A stretch of DNA of 64,000 bases, from NCBI GenBank assembly GCA_964247055.1, contig OZ176050.1, positions 372,001-436,000 on the forward strand, given 5' to 3'. The stretch comes from Paragordius varius (lineage: Eukaryota > Animalia > Nematomorpha). The first letter of the stretch is position 1. The number at the start of each line of letters is the position of its first letter. Below, piece by piece: positions 1 through 12,800 of this stretch. A program made the translations under genes and the position numbers. Under the pieces are notes generated by a model. That model searched no databases and was not told the origin of the DNA. It saw only the letters and a program-made list of their open reading frames with translations.

Positions 1-7
1 TTTTATG

Positions 8-31
8 AATTTTTTAAATATTTAAAAAATT
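8..31. other. Perfect 24-bp AT-only palindrome AATTTTTTAAATATTTAAAAAATT (monomer positions 124-147); first instance given, present in most monomers
   Basis: The sequence equals its own reverse complement. It extends to 30 bp (ATG...TAT) with one G/T mismatch. Confidence 0.95.
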
Positions 32-230
32 TATTTTATACGATTTTAAAAATAAAAATGGCTACCTAAAATCCAAATTTGATCAGGTGATGTCACCATA
101 ATTTTTTTTGGGCAGCCCTATGGTAGTTCCATCATCACCCCAAATATTTTCGAGATCGGAGTATAAATGTAATTTTTATGAATTTTTTAAATATTTAAAA
201 GATTTATTTTATACGATTTTAAAAATAAAA

Positions 231-900
231 ATGGCTACCTAAAATCCAAATTTGATCAGGTGATGTCACCATAATTTTTTTTGGGTAGCCCTATGGTAGT
301 TCCATCATCACCCCAAATATTTTCGAGATCGGAGAATAAATGTAATTTTTATGAATTTTTTAAATATTTAAAAAATTTATTTTATACGATTTTAAAAATA
401 AATTTGATCAGGTGATGTCACCATAATTTTTTTGGGGCAGCCCTATGGTAGTTCCATCATCACCCCAAATATTTTCGAGATCGGAGTATAAATGTAATTT
501 TTATGAATTTTTTAAATATTTAAAAAATTTATTTTATACGATTTTAAAAATAAAAATGGCTACCTAAAATCCAAATTTGATCAGGTGATGTCATCATAAT
601 TTTTTTGGGTAGCCCTATGGTAGTTCCATCATCACCCCGAATACTTTGGGGATCGGACTATAAATGTAATTTTTTTGAATTTTTTAAATATTTAAAAAAT
701 TTATTTTATACGATTTTAAAAATAAAAATGGCTACCTAAAATCCAAATTTGATCAGGTGATGTCGCCATAATTTTTTTTGCGTAGCCCTATGGTAGTTCC
801 ATCATCACCCTAAATATTTTGGGGATCGGACTATAAATGTAATTTTTATGAAGTTTTTAAATATTTAAAAAATTTATTTTATACGATTTTAAAAATAAAA
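231..900 (+). repeat. Four-monomer block duplicated at offset 3070 (copy about 3301-3970)
   Basis: Shared 21-bp deletion (junctions at about 400 and 3470), GTCATCATA plus CCCCGAATAC monomer, and GCGTAG plus CCCTAAAT monomer, in the same order. Confidence 0.85.
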
Positions 901-902
901 AT

Positions 903-960
903 GGCTACCTAAAATCCAAATTTGATCAGGTGATGTCACCATAATTTTTTTTGGGTAGCC
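903..960. other. Inverted repeat GGCTACCTAAAA (903-914) / TTTTGGGTAGCC (949-960); representative instance, once per monomer
   Basis: GGCTACC and GGTAGCC are exact reverse complements. 11 of 12 positions are Watson-Crick pairs, with one T-G. Confidence 0.85.
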
Positions 961-982
961 CTATGGTAGTTCCATCATCACC
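929..982. other. Nested inverted repeats GGTGATG (929-935)/CATCACC (976-982) and ACCATA (938-943)/TATGGT (962-967); representative instance
   Basis: Both pairs are exact reverse complements and are nested in hairpin order. GGTGA-TG-TCACC is also a short local dyad. Confidence 0.75.
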
Positions 983-2609
983 CCAAATATTGTCGAGATC
1001 GGAGTATAAATGTAATTTTTTTGAATTTTTTAAATATTTAAAAATATTATTTTATACGATTTTAAAAATAAAAATGGCTACCTAAAATCCAAATTTGATC
1101 AGGTGATGTCGCCATAATTTTTTTTGGGTAGCCCTATAGTAGTTCCATCATCACCCCAAATATTTTCGAGATCGGAGTATAAATGTAATTTTTATGAATT
1201 TTTTAAATATTTAAAAAATTTATTTTATACGATTTTAAAAATAAAAATGGCTACCTAAAATCCAAATTTGATCAGGTGATGTCGCCATAATTTTTTTTGG
1301 GTAGCCCTATGGTAGTTCCATCATCACCCCAAATATTTTCGAGATCGGAGTATAAATGTAATTTTTATGAATTTTTTAAATATTTAAAAAATTTATTTTA
1401 TACGATTTTAAAAATAAATTTGATCAGGTGATGTCACCATAATTTTTTTGGGGCAGCCCTATGGTAGTTCCATCATCACCCCAAATATTTTCGAGATCGG
1501 AGTATAAATGTAATTTTTATGAATTTTTTAAATATTTAAAAAATTTATTTTATACGATTTTAAAAATAAAAATGGCTACCTAAAATCCAAATTTGATCAG
1601 GTGATGTCACCATAATTTTTTTTGGGCAGCCCTATGGTAGTTCCATCATCACCCCAAATATTTTCGAGATCGGAGTATAAATGTAATTTTTTTGAATTTT
1701 TTAAATATTTAAAAAATTTATTTTATACGATTTTAAAAATAAAAATGGCTACCTAAAATCCAAATTTGATCAGGTGATGTCGCCATAATTTTTTTTGGGT
1801 AGCCCTATGGTAGTTCCATCATCACCCCAAATATTTTCGAGATCGGAGTATAAATGTAATTTTTTTGAATTTTTTAAATATTTAAAAAATTTATTTTATA
1901 CGATTTTAAAAATAAAAATGGCTACCTAAAATCCAAATTTAATGAGGTGATGTCGTCATAATTTTTTTTGGGTAGCCCTATGGTAGTTCCATCATCACCC
2001 CAAATATTTTGGGGATCGGACTATAAATGTAATTTTTATGAAGTTTTTAAATATTTAAAAAATTTATTTTATACGATTTTAAAAATAAAAATGGCTACCT
2101 AAAATCCAAATTTGATCAGGTGATGTCACCATAATTTTTTTTGGGTAGCCCTATGGTAGTTCCATCATCACCCCAAATATTTTCGAGATCGGAGTATAAA
2201 TGTAATTTTTATGAATTTTTTAAATATTTAAAAAATTTATATTATACGATTTTAAAAATAAAAATGGCTACCTAAAATCCAAATTTGATCAGGTGATGTC
2301 ACCATAATTTTTTTTGGGTAGCCCTATGGTAGTTCCATCATCACCCCAAATATTTTCGAGATCGGAGTATAAATGTAATTTTTATGAATTTTTTAAATAT
2401 TTAAAAAATTTATTTTATACGATTTTAAAAATAAAAATGGCTACCTAAAATCCAAATTTGATCAGGTGATGTCACCATAATTTTTTTTGGGCAGCCCTAT
2501 GGTAGTTCCATCATCACCCCAAATATTTTCGAGATCGGAGTATAAATGTAATTTTTATGAATTTTTTAAATATTTAAAAAATTTATTTTATACGATTTTA
2601 AAAATAAAA

Positions 2610-3127
2610 ATGGCTACCTAAAATCCAAATTTGATCAGGTGATGTCACCATAATTTTTTTTGGGTAGCTCTATGGTAGTTCCATCATCACCATAAATATT
2701 GTCGAGATCGGAGTATAAATGTAATTTTTTTGAATTTTTTAAATATTTAAAAATATTATTTTATACGATTTTAAAAATAAAAATGGCTACCTAAAATCCA
2801 AATTTGATCAGGTGATGTCGCCATAATTTTTTTTGGGTAGCCCTATAGTAGTTCCATCATCACCCCAAATATTTTCGAGATCGGAGTATAAATGTAATTT
2901 TTATGAATTTTTTAAATATTTAAAAAATTTATTTTATACGATTTTAAAAATAAAAATGGCTACCTAAAATCCAAATTTGATCAGGTGATGTCACCATAAT
3001 TTTTTAAGGTAGCCCTATGGTAGTTCCATCATCACCCCAAATATTTTCGAGATCGGGGTATAAATGTAATTTTTATGAATTTTTTAAATATTTAAAAAAT
3101 TTATTTTATACGATTTTAAAAATAAAA
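2610..3127 (+). repeat. Three-monomer module (TTGTCG/AATATTATT; GCC/CTATAG; T6AAGGTAG/CGGGG) duplicated at offset 1880 (4490-5007) and reused at 19459, 20323 and 21532
   Basis: GGGTAGCTC monomers (their GATGTCACCA at 2641 and 4521) and TTTTTAAGGT at 3001 and 4881 both give offset 1880. The same marker triplet appears at 19.5-22 kb. Confidence 0.85.
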
Positions 3128-6024
3128 ATGGCTACCTAAAATCCAAATTTGATCAGGTGATGTCACCATAATTTTTTTTGGGTAGCCCTATGGTAGTTCC
3201 ATCATCACCCCAAATATTTTCGAGATCGGAGTATAAATGTAATTTTTATGAATTTTTTAAATATTTAAAAAATTTATTTTATACGATTTTAAAAATAAAA
3301 ATGGCTACCTAAAATCCAAATTTGATCAGGTGATGTCACCATAATTTTTTTTGGGTAGCCCTATGGTAGTTCCATCATCACCCCAAATATTTTCGAGATC
3401 GGAGTATAAATGTAATTTTTATGAATTTTTTAAATATTTAAAAAATTTATTTTATACGATTTTAAAAATAAATTTGATCAGGTGATGTCACCATAATTTT
3501 TTTGGGGCAGCCCTATGGTAGTTCCATCATCACCCCAAATATTTTCGAGATCGGAGTATAAATGTAATTTTTATGAATTTTTTAAATATTTAAAAAATTT
3601 ATTTTATACGATTTTAAAAATAAAAATGGCTACCTAAAATCCAAATTTGATCAGGTGATGTCATCATAATTTTTTTGGGTAGCCCTATGGTAGTTCCATC
3701 ATCACCCCGAATACTTTGGGGATCGGACTATAAATGTAATTTTTTTGAATTTTTTAAATATTTAAAAAATTTATTTTATACGATTTTAAAAATAAAAATG
3801 GCTACCTAAAATCCAAATTTGATCAGGTGATGTCGCCATAATTTTTTTTGCGTAGCCCTATGGTAGTTCCATCATCACCCTAAATATTTTGGGGATCGGA
3901 CTATAAATGTAATTTTTATGAATTTTTTAAATATTTAAAAAATTTATTTTATACGATTTTAAAAATAAAAATGGCTACCTAAAATCCAAATTTGATCAGG
4001 TGATGTCACCATAATTTTTTTTGGGTAGCCCTATGGTAGTTCCATCATCACCCCAAATATTTTCGAGATCGGAATATAAATGTAATTTTTATGAATTTTT
4101 TAAATATTTAAAAAATTTATTTTATACGATTTTAAAAATAAAAATGGCTACCTAAAATCCAAATTTGATCAGGTGATGTCACCATAATTTTTTTTGGGTA
4201 GCCCTATGGTAGTTCCATCATCACCCCAAATATTTTCGAGATCGGAGTATAAATGTAATTTTTATGAATTTTTTAAATATTTAAAAGATTTATTTTATAC
4301 GATTTTAAAAATAAAAATGGCTACCTAAAATCCAAATTTGATCAGGTGATGTCACCATAATTTTTTTTGGGTAGCCCTATGGTAGTTCCATCATCACCCC
4401 AAATATTTTCGAGATCGGAGTATAAATGTAATTTTTATGAATTTTTTAAATATTTAAAAAATTTATTTTATACGATTTTAAAAATAAAAATGGCTACCTA
4501 AAATCCAAATTTGATCAGGTGATGTCACCATAATTTTTTTTGGGTAGCTCTATGGTAGTTCCATCATCACCATAAATATTGTCGAGATCGGAGTATAAAT
4601 GTAATTTTTTTGAATTTTTTAAATATTTAAAAATATTATTTTATACGATTTTAAAAATAAAAATGGCTACCTAAAATCCAAATTTGATCAGGTGATGTCG
4701 CCATAATTTTTTTTGGGTAGCCCTATAGTAGTTCCATCATCACCCCAAATATTTTCGAGATCGGAGTATAAATGTAATTTTTATGAATTTTTTAAATATT
4801 TAAAAAATTTATTTTATACGATTTTAAAAATAAAAATGGCTACCTAAAATCCAAATTTGATCAGGTGATGTCACCATAATTTTTTAAGGTAGCCCTATGG
4901 TAGTTCCATCATCACCCCAAATATTTTCGAGATCGGGGTATAAATGTAATTTTTATGAATTTTTTAAATATTTAAAAAATTTATTTTATACGATTTTAAA
5001 AATAAAAATGGCTACCTAAAATCCAAATTTGATCAGGTGATGTCACCATAATTTTTTTTGGGTAGCCCTATGGTAGTTCCATCATCACCCCAAATATTGT
5101 CGAGATCGGAGTATAAATGTAATTTTTTTGAATTTTTTAAATATTTAAAAAATTTATTTTATACGATTTTAAAAATAAAAATGGCTACCTAAAATCCAAA
5201 TTTGATCAGGTGATGTCACCATAATTTTTTTTGGGTAGCCCTATGGTAGTTCCATCATCACCCCAAATATTTTCGAGATCGGAGTATAAATGTAATTTTT
5301 ATGAATTTTTTAAATATTTAAAAAATTTATTTTATACGATTTTAAAAATAAATTTGATCAGGTGATGTCACCATAATTTTTTTTGGGCAGCCCTATGGTA
5401 GTTCCATCATCACCCCAAATATTTTCGAGATCGGAGTATAAATGTAATTTTTATGAATTTTTTAAATATTTAAAAAATTTATTTTATACGATTTTAAAAA
5501 TAAAAATGGCTACCTAAAATCCAAATTTGATCAGGTGATGTCACCATAATTTTTTTTGGGTAGCCCTATGGTAGTTCCATCATCACCCCAAATATTGTCG
5601 AGATCGGAGTATAAATGTAATTTTTTTGAATTTTTTAAATATTTAAAAAATTTATTTTATACGATTTTAAAAATAAAAATGGCTACCTAAAATCCAAATT
5701 TGATCAGGTGATGTCGCCATAATTTTTTTTGGGTAGCCCTATGGGAGTTCCATCATCACCCCAAATATTTTCGAGATCGGAGTATAAATGTAATTTTTAT
5801 GAATTTTTTAAATATTTAAAAAATTTATTTTATACGATTTTAAAAATAAAAATGGCTACCTAAAATCCAAATTTGATCAGGTGATATCACCATAATTTTT
5901 TTTGGGTAGCCCTATGGTAGTTCCATCATCACCCCAAATATTTTCGAGATCGGAGTATAAATGTAATTTTTATGAATTTTTTAAATATTTAAAAAATTTA
6001 TTTTATACGATTTTAAAAATAAAA

Positions 6025-9000
6025 ATGGCTACCTAAAATCCAAATTTGATCAGGTGATGTCACCATAATTTTTTTTGGGTAGCCCTATGTTAGTTCCATC
6101 ATCACCCCAAATATTTTCGAGATCGGAGTATAAATGTAATTTTTATGAATTTTTTAAATATTTAAAAAATTTATTTTATACGATTTTATAAATAAAAATG
6201 GCTACCTAAAATCCAAATTTGATCAGGTGATGTCACCATAATTTTTTTTGGGTAGCCCTATGTTAGTTCCATCATCACCCCAAATATTTTCGAGATCGGA
6301 GTATAAATGTAATTTTTATGAATTTTTTAAATATTTAAAAAATTTATTTTATACGATTTTAAAAATAAAAATGGCTACCTAAAATCCAAATTTGATCAGG
6401 TGATGTCACTATAATTTTTTTGGGTAGCCCTATGGTAGTTCCATCATCACCCCAAATATTTTGGGGATCGGACTATAAATGTAATTTTTATGAATTTTTT
6501 AAATATTTAAAAAATTTATTTTATACGATTTTAAAAAATGGCTACCTAAAATCCAAATTTGATCAGGTGATGTCACCATAATTTTTTTTGGGTAGCCCTA
6601 TGGTAGTTCCATCATCACCCCAAATATTTTCGAGATCAGAGTATAAATGTAATTTTTATGAATTTTTTAAATATTTAAAAAATTTATTTTATACGATTTT
6701 AAAAATAAAAATGGCTACCTAAAATCCAAATTTGATCAGGTGATGTCACTATAATTTTTTTGGGTAGCCCTATGGTAGTTCCATCATCACCCCAAATATT
6801 TTCGAGATCGGAGTATAAATGTAATTTTTATGAATTTTTTAAATATTTAAAAAATTTATTTTATACGATTTTAAAAATAAAAATGGCTACCTAAAATCCA
6901 AATTTGATCAGGTGATGTCACCATAATTTTTTTTGGGTAGCCCTATGGTAGTTCCATCATCACCCCAAATATTTTCGAGATCGGAGTATAAATGTATTTT
7001 TTATGAATTTTTTAAATATTTAAAAAATTTATTTTATACGATTTTAAAAATAAAAATGGCTACCTAAAATCCAAATTTGATCAGGTGATGTCGCCATAAT
7101 TTTTTTTGGGTAGCCCTATGGTAGTTCCATCATCACCCCAAATATTTTCGAGATCGGAGTATTGTAATTTTTATGAATTTTTTAAATATTTAAAAAATTT
7201 ATTTTATACGATTTTAAAAATAAAAATGGCTACCTAAAATCCAAATTTGATCAGGTGATGTCACCATAATTTTTTTGGGTAGCCCTATGGTAGTTCCATC
7301 ATCACCCCGAATATTTTGGGGATCGGACTATAAATGTAATTTTTATGAAGTTTTTAAATATTTAAAAAATTTATTTTATACGATTTTAAAAATAAAAATG
7401 GCTACCTAAAATCCAAATTTGATCAGGTGATGTCACCATAATTTTTTTTGGGTAGCCCTATGGTAGTTCCATCATCACCCCAAATATTGTCGAGATCGGA
7501 GTATAAATGTAATTTTTTTGAATTTTTTAAATATTTAAAAATATTATTTTATACGATTTTAAAAATAAAAATGGCTACCTAAAATCCAAATTTGATCAGG
7601 TGATGTCGCCATAATTTTTTTTGGGTAGCCCTATAGTAGTTCCATCATCACCCCAAATATTTTCGAGATCGGAGTATAAATGTAATTTTTATGAATTTTT
7701 TAAATATTTAAAAAATTTATTTTATACGATTTTAAAAATAAAAATGGCTACCTAAAATCCAAATTTGATCAGGTGATGTCACCATAATTTTTTTTGGGCA
7801 GCCCTATGGTAGTTCCATCATCACCCCAAATATTTTCGAGATCGGAGTATAAATGTAATTTTTTTGAATTTTTTAAATATTTAAAAAATTTATTTTATAC
7901 GATTTTAAAAATAAAAATGGCTACCTAAAATCCAAATTTGATCAGGTGATGTCACCATAATTTTTTTTGGGTAGCCCTATGTTAGTTCCATCATCACCCC
8001 AAATATTTTCGAGATCGGAGTATAAATGTAATTTTTATGAATTTTTTAAATATTTAAAAAATTTATTTTATACGATTTTATAAATAAAAATGGCTACCTA
8101 AAATCCAAATTTGATCAGGTGATGTCACCATAATTTTTTTTGGGTAGCCCTATGTTGGTTCCATCATCACCCCAAATATTTTCGAGATCGGAGTATAAAT
8201 GTAATTTTTATGAATTTTTTAAATATTTAAAAAATTTATTTTATACGATTTTAAAAATAAAAATGGCTACCTAAAATCCAAATTTGATCAGGTGATGTCA
8301 CTATAATTTTTTTGGGTAGCCCTATGGTAGTTCCATCATCACCCCAAATATTTTGGGGATCGGACTATAAATGTAATTTTTATGAATTTTTTAAATATTT
8401 AAAAAATTTATTTTATACGATTTTAAAAAATGGCTACCTAAAATCCAAATTTGATCAGGTGATGTCACCATAATTTTTTTTGGGTAGCCCTATGGTAGTT
8501 CCATCATCACCCCAAATATTTTCGAGATCAGAGTATAAATGTAATTTTTATGAATTTTTTAAATATTTAAAAAATTTATTTTATACGATTTTAAAAATAA
8601 AAATGGCTACCTAAAATCCAAATTTGATCAGGTGATGTCACTATAATTTTTTTGGGTAGCCCTATGGTAGTTCCATCATCACCCCAAATATTTTCGAGAT
8701 CGGAGTATAAATGTAATTTTTATGAATTTTTTAAATATTTAAAAAATTTATTTTATACGATTTTAAAAATAAAAATGGCTACCTAAAATCCAAATTTGAT
8801 CAGGTGATGTCACCATAATTTTTTTTGGGTAGCCCTATGGTAGTTCCATCATCACCCCAAATATTTTCGAGATCGGAGTATAAATGTATTTTTTATGAAT
8901 TTTTTAAATATTTAAAAAATTTATTTTATACGATTTTAAAAATAAAAATGGCTACCTAAAATCCAAATTTGATCAGGTGATGTCGCCATAATTTTTTTTG

Positions 9001-9807
9001 GGTAGCCCTATGGTAGTTCCATCATCACCCCAAATATTTTCGAGATCGGAGTATTGTAATTTTTATGAATTTTTTAAATATTTAAAAAATTTATTTTATA
9101 CGATTTTAAAAATAAAAATGGCTACCTAAAATCCAAATTTGATCAGGTGATGTCACCATAATTTTTTTGGGTAGCCCTATGGTAGTTCCATCATCACCCC
9201 GAATATTTTGGGGATCGGACTATAAATGTAATTTTTATGAAGTTTTTAAATATTTAAAAAATTTATTTTATACGATTTTAAAAATAAAAATGGCTACCTA
9301 AAATCCAAATTTGATCAGGTGATGTCACCATAATTTTTTTTGGGTAGCCCTATGGTAGTTCCATCATCACCCCAAATATTGTCGAGATCGGAGTATAAAT
9401 GTAATTTTTTTGAATTTTTTAAATATTTAAAAATATTATTTTATACGATTTTAAAAATAAAAATGGCTACCTAAATCCAAATTTGATCAGGTGATGTCGC
9501 CATAATTTTTTTTGGGTAGCCCTATAGTAGTTCCATCATCACCCCAAATATTTTCGAGATCGGAGTATAAATGTAATTTTTATGAATTTTTTAAATATTT
9601 AAAAAATTTATTTTATACGATTTTAAAAATAAAAATGGCTACCTAAAATCCAAATTTGATCAGGTGATGTCACCATAATTTTTTTTGGGCAGCCCTATGG
9701 TAGTTCCATCATCACCCCAAATATTTTCGAGATCGGAGTATAAATGTAATTTTTTTGAATTTTTTAAATATTTAAAAAATTTATTTTATACGATTTTAAA
9801 AATAAAA
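6025..9807 (+). repeat. Tandem 11-monomer higher-order repeat, two copies (6025-7916 and 7917-9807; period 1892 bp)
   Basis: CGAGATCAGA at 6631 and 8523, and the TATTGT 3-bp deletion at 7161 and 9053. All 11 units match in order, including T7/T8 lengths. Confidence 0.92.
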
Positions 9808-12800
9808 ATGGCTACCTAAAATCCAAATTTGATCAGGTGATGTCGCCATAATTTTTTTTGGGTAGCCCTATGGTAGTTCCATCATCACCCCAAATATTTT
9901 CGAGATCGGAGTATAAATGTAATTTTTTTGAATTTTTTAAATATTTAAAAAATTTATTTTATACGATTTTAAAAATAAAAATGGCTACCTAAAATCCAAA
10001 TTTGATGAGGTGATGTCGTCATAATTTTTTTTGGGTAGCCCTATGGTAGTTCCATCATCACCCCAAATATTTTGGGGATCGGACTATAAATGTAATTTTT
10101 ATGAAGTTTTTAAATATTTAAAAAATTTATTTTATACGATTTTAAAAATAAAAATGGCTACCTAAAATCCAAATTTGATCAGGTGATGTCGCCATAATTT
10201 TTTTTGGGTAGCCCTATAGTAGTTCCATCATCACCCCAAATATTTTCGAGATCGGAGTATAAATGTAATTTTTATGAATTTTTTAAATATTTAAAAAATT
10301 TATTTTATACGATTTTAAAAATAAAAATGGCTACCTAAAATCCAAATTTGATCAGGTGATGTCACCATAATTTTTTTTGGGCAGCCCTATGGTAGTTCCA
10401 TCATCACCCCAAATATTTTCGAGATCGGAGTATAAATGTAATTTTTTTGAATTTTTTAAATATTTAAAAAATTTATTTTATACGATTTTAAAAATAAAAA
10501 TGGCTACCTAAAATCCAAATTTGATCAGGTGATGTCGCCATAATTTTTTTTGGGTAGCCCTATGGTAGTTCCATCATCACCCCAAATATTTTCGAGATCG
10601 GAGTATAAATGTAATTTTTTTGAATTTTTTAAATATTTAAAAAATTTATTTTATACGATTTTAAAAATAAAAATGGCTACCTAAAATCCAAATTTGATGA
10701 GGTGATGTCGTCATAATTTTTTTTGGGTAGCCCTATGGTAGTTCCATCATCACCCCAAATATTTTGGGGATCGGAGTATAAATGTAATTTTTTTGAATTT
10801 TTTAAATATTTAAAAAATTTATTTTATACGATTTTAAAAATAAAAATGGCTACCTAAAATCCAAATTTGATGAGGTGATGTCGTCATAATTTTTTTTGGG
10901 TAGCCCTATGGTAGTTCCATCATCACCCCAAATATTTTGGGGATCGGACTATAAATGTAATTTTTATGAAGTTTTTAAATATTTAAAAAATTTATTTTAT
11001 ACGATTTTAAAAATAAAAATGGCTACCTAAAATCCAAATTTGATCAGGTGATGTCACCATAATTTTTTTTGGGTAGCCCTATGGTAGTTCCATCATCACC
11101 CCAATTATTTTCGAGATCGGAGTATAAATGTAATTTTTATGAATTTTTTAAATATTTAAAAAATTTATATTATACGATTTTAAAAATAAAAATGGCTACC
11201 TAAAATCCAAATTTGATCAGGTGATGTCACCATAATTTTTTTTGGGTAGCCCTATGGTAGTTCCATCATCACCCCAAATATTTTCGAGATCGGAGTATAA
11301 ATGTAATTTTTATGAATTTTTTAAATATTTAAAAAATTTATTTTATACGATTTTAAAAATAAAAATGGCTACCTAAAATCCAAATTTGATCAGGTGATGT
11401 CACCATAATTTTTTTTGGGCAGCCCTATGGTAGTTCCATCATCACCCCAAATATTTTCGAGATCGGAGTATAAATGTAATTTTTATGAATTTTTTAAATA
11501 TTTAAAAAATTTATTTTATACGATTTTAAAAATAAAAATGGCTACCTAAAATCCAAATTTGATCAGGTGATGTCACCATAATTTTTTTGGGTAGCCCTAT
11601 GGTAGTTCCATCATCACCCCGAATACTTTGGGGATCGGACTATAAATGTAATTTTTTTGAATTTTTTAAATATTTAAAAAATTTATTTTATACGATTTTA
11701 AAAATAAAAATGGCTACCTAAAATCCAAATTTGATCAGGTGATGTCGCCATATTTTTTTTTGCGTAGCCCTATGGTAGTTCCATCATCACCCCAAATATT
11801 TTGGGGATCGGACTATAAATGTAATTTTTAGGAATTTTTTAAATATTTAAAAAATTTATTTTATACGATTTTAAAAATAAAAATGGCTACCTAAAATCCA
11901 AATTTGATCAGGTGATGTCACCATAATTTTTTTTGGGTAGCCCTATGGTAGTTCCATCATCACCCCAAATATTTTCGAGATCGGAATATAAATGTAATTT
12001 TTATGAATTTTTTAAATATTTAAAAAATTTATTTTATACGATTTTAAAAATAAAAATGGCTACCTAAAATCCAAATTTGATCAAATGATGTCACCATAAT
12101 TTTTTTTGGGTAGCCCTATGGTAGTTCCATCATCACCCCAAATATTGTCGAGATCGGAGTATAAATGTAATTTTTTTGAATTTTTTAAATATTTAAAAAA
12201 TTTATTTTATACGATTTTAAAAATAAAAATGGCTACCTAAAATCCAAATTTGATCAGGTGATGTCGCCATAATTTTTTTTGGGTAGCCCTATGGTAGTTC
12301 CATCATCACCCCAAATATTTTCGAGATCGGAGTATAAATGTAATTTTTATGAATTTTTTAAATATTTAAAAAATTTATTTTATACGATTTTAAAAATAAA
12401 AATGGCTACCTAAAATCCAAATTTGATCAGGTGATATCACCATAATTTTTTTTGGGTAGCCCTATGGTAGTTCCATCATCACCCCAAATATTTTCGAGAT
12501 CGGAGTATAAATGTAATTTTTATGAATTTTTTAAATATTTAAAAAATTTATTTTATACGATTTTAAAAATAAAAATGGCTACCTAAAATCCAAATTTGAT
12601 CAGGTGATGTCACCATAATTTTTTTTGGGTAGCCCTATGTTAGTTCCATCATCACCCCAAATATTTTCGTGATCGGAGTATAAATGTAATTTTTATGAAT
12701 TTTTTAAATATTTAAAAAATTTATTTTATACGATTTTATAAATAAAAATGGCTACCTAAAATCCAAATTTGATCAGGTGATGTCACCATAATTTTTTTTG

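Noticed and set aside
58-69. ATG in every monomer suggesting a repeated ORF
   Set aside because: It reads ATG GCT ACC TAA and stops after three codons. The AT block puts stop codons in multiple frames on both strands, and frame-shifting indels are tolerated.
148-163. CENP-B box-like TTCG...CGG motif (TTCGAGATCGGAG, or CGGGG in one variant)
   Set aside because: Only 4 nt separate TTCG and CGG, against 7 nt in the canonical CENP-B box.
162-230. TATA-box (TATAAA) and polyadenylation (AATAAA) motifs in each monomer
   Set aside because: Both are expected by chance in a ~94% AT block, and nothing else supports a promoter or transcript end.
644-662. Resemblance of GATCGGACTATA and reverse-strand CTACCATAGG to dipteran DINE-1/Helentron motifs
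   Set aside because: The matches are short, recalled from memory, and lie on opposite strands here. No Helentron termini are visible. A Dfam or Repbase search would be needed.
1111-1141. Compensatory covariation in the ACCATA/TATGGT stem
   Set aside because: The CTATAG variant pairs mostly with GCCATA, giving a C-A mismatch, rather than with ACTATA, which would compensate. The data do not support a conserved stem.
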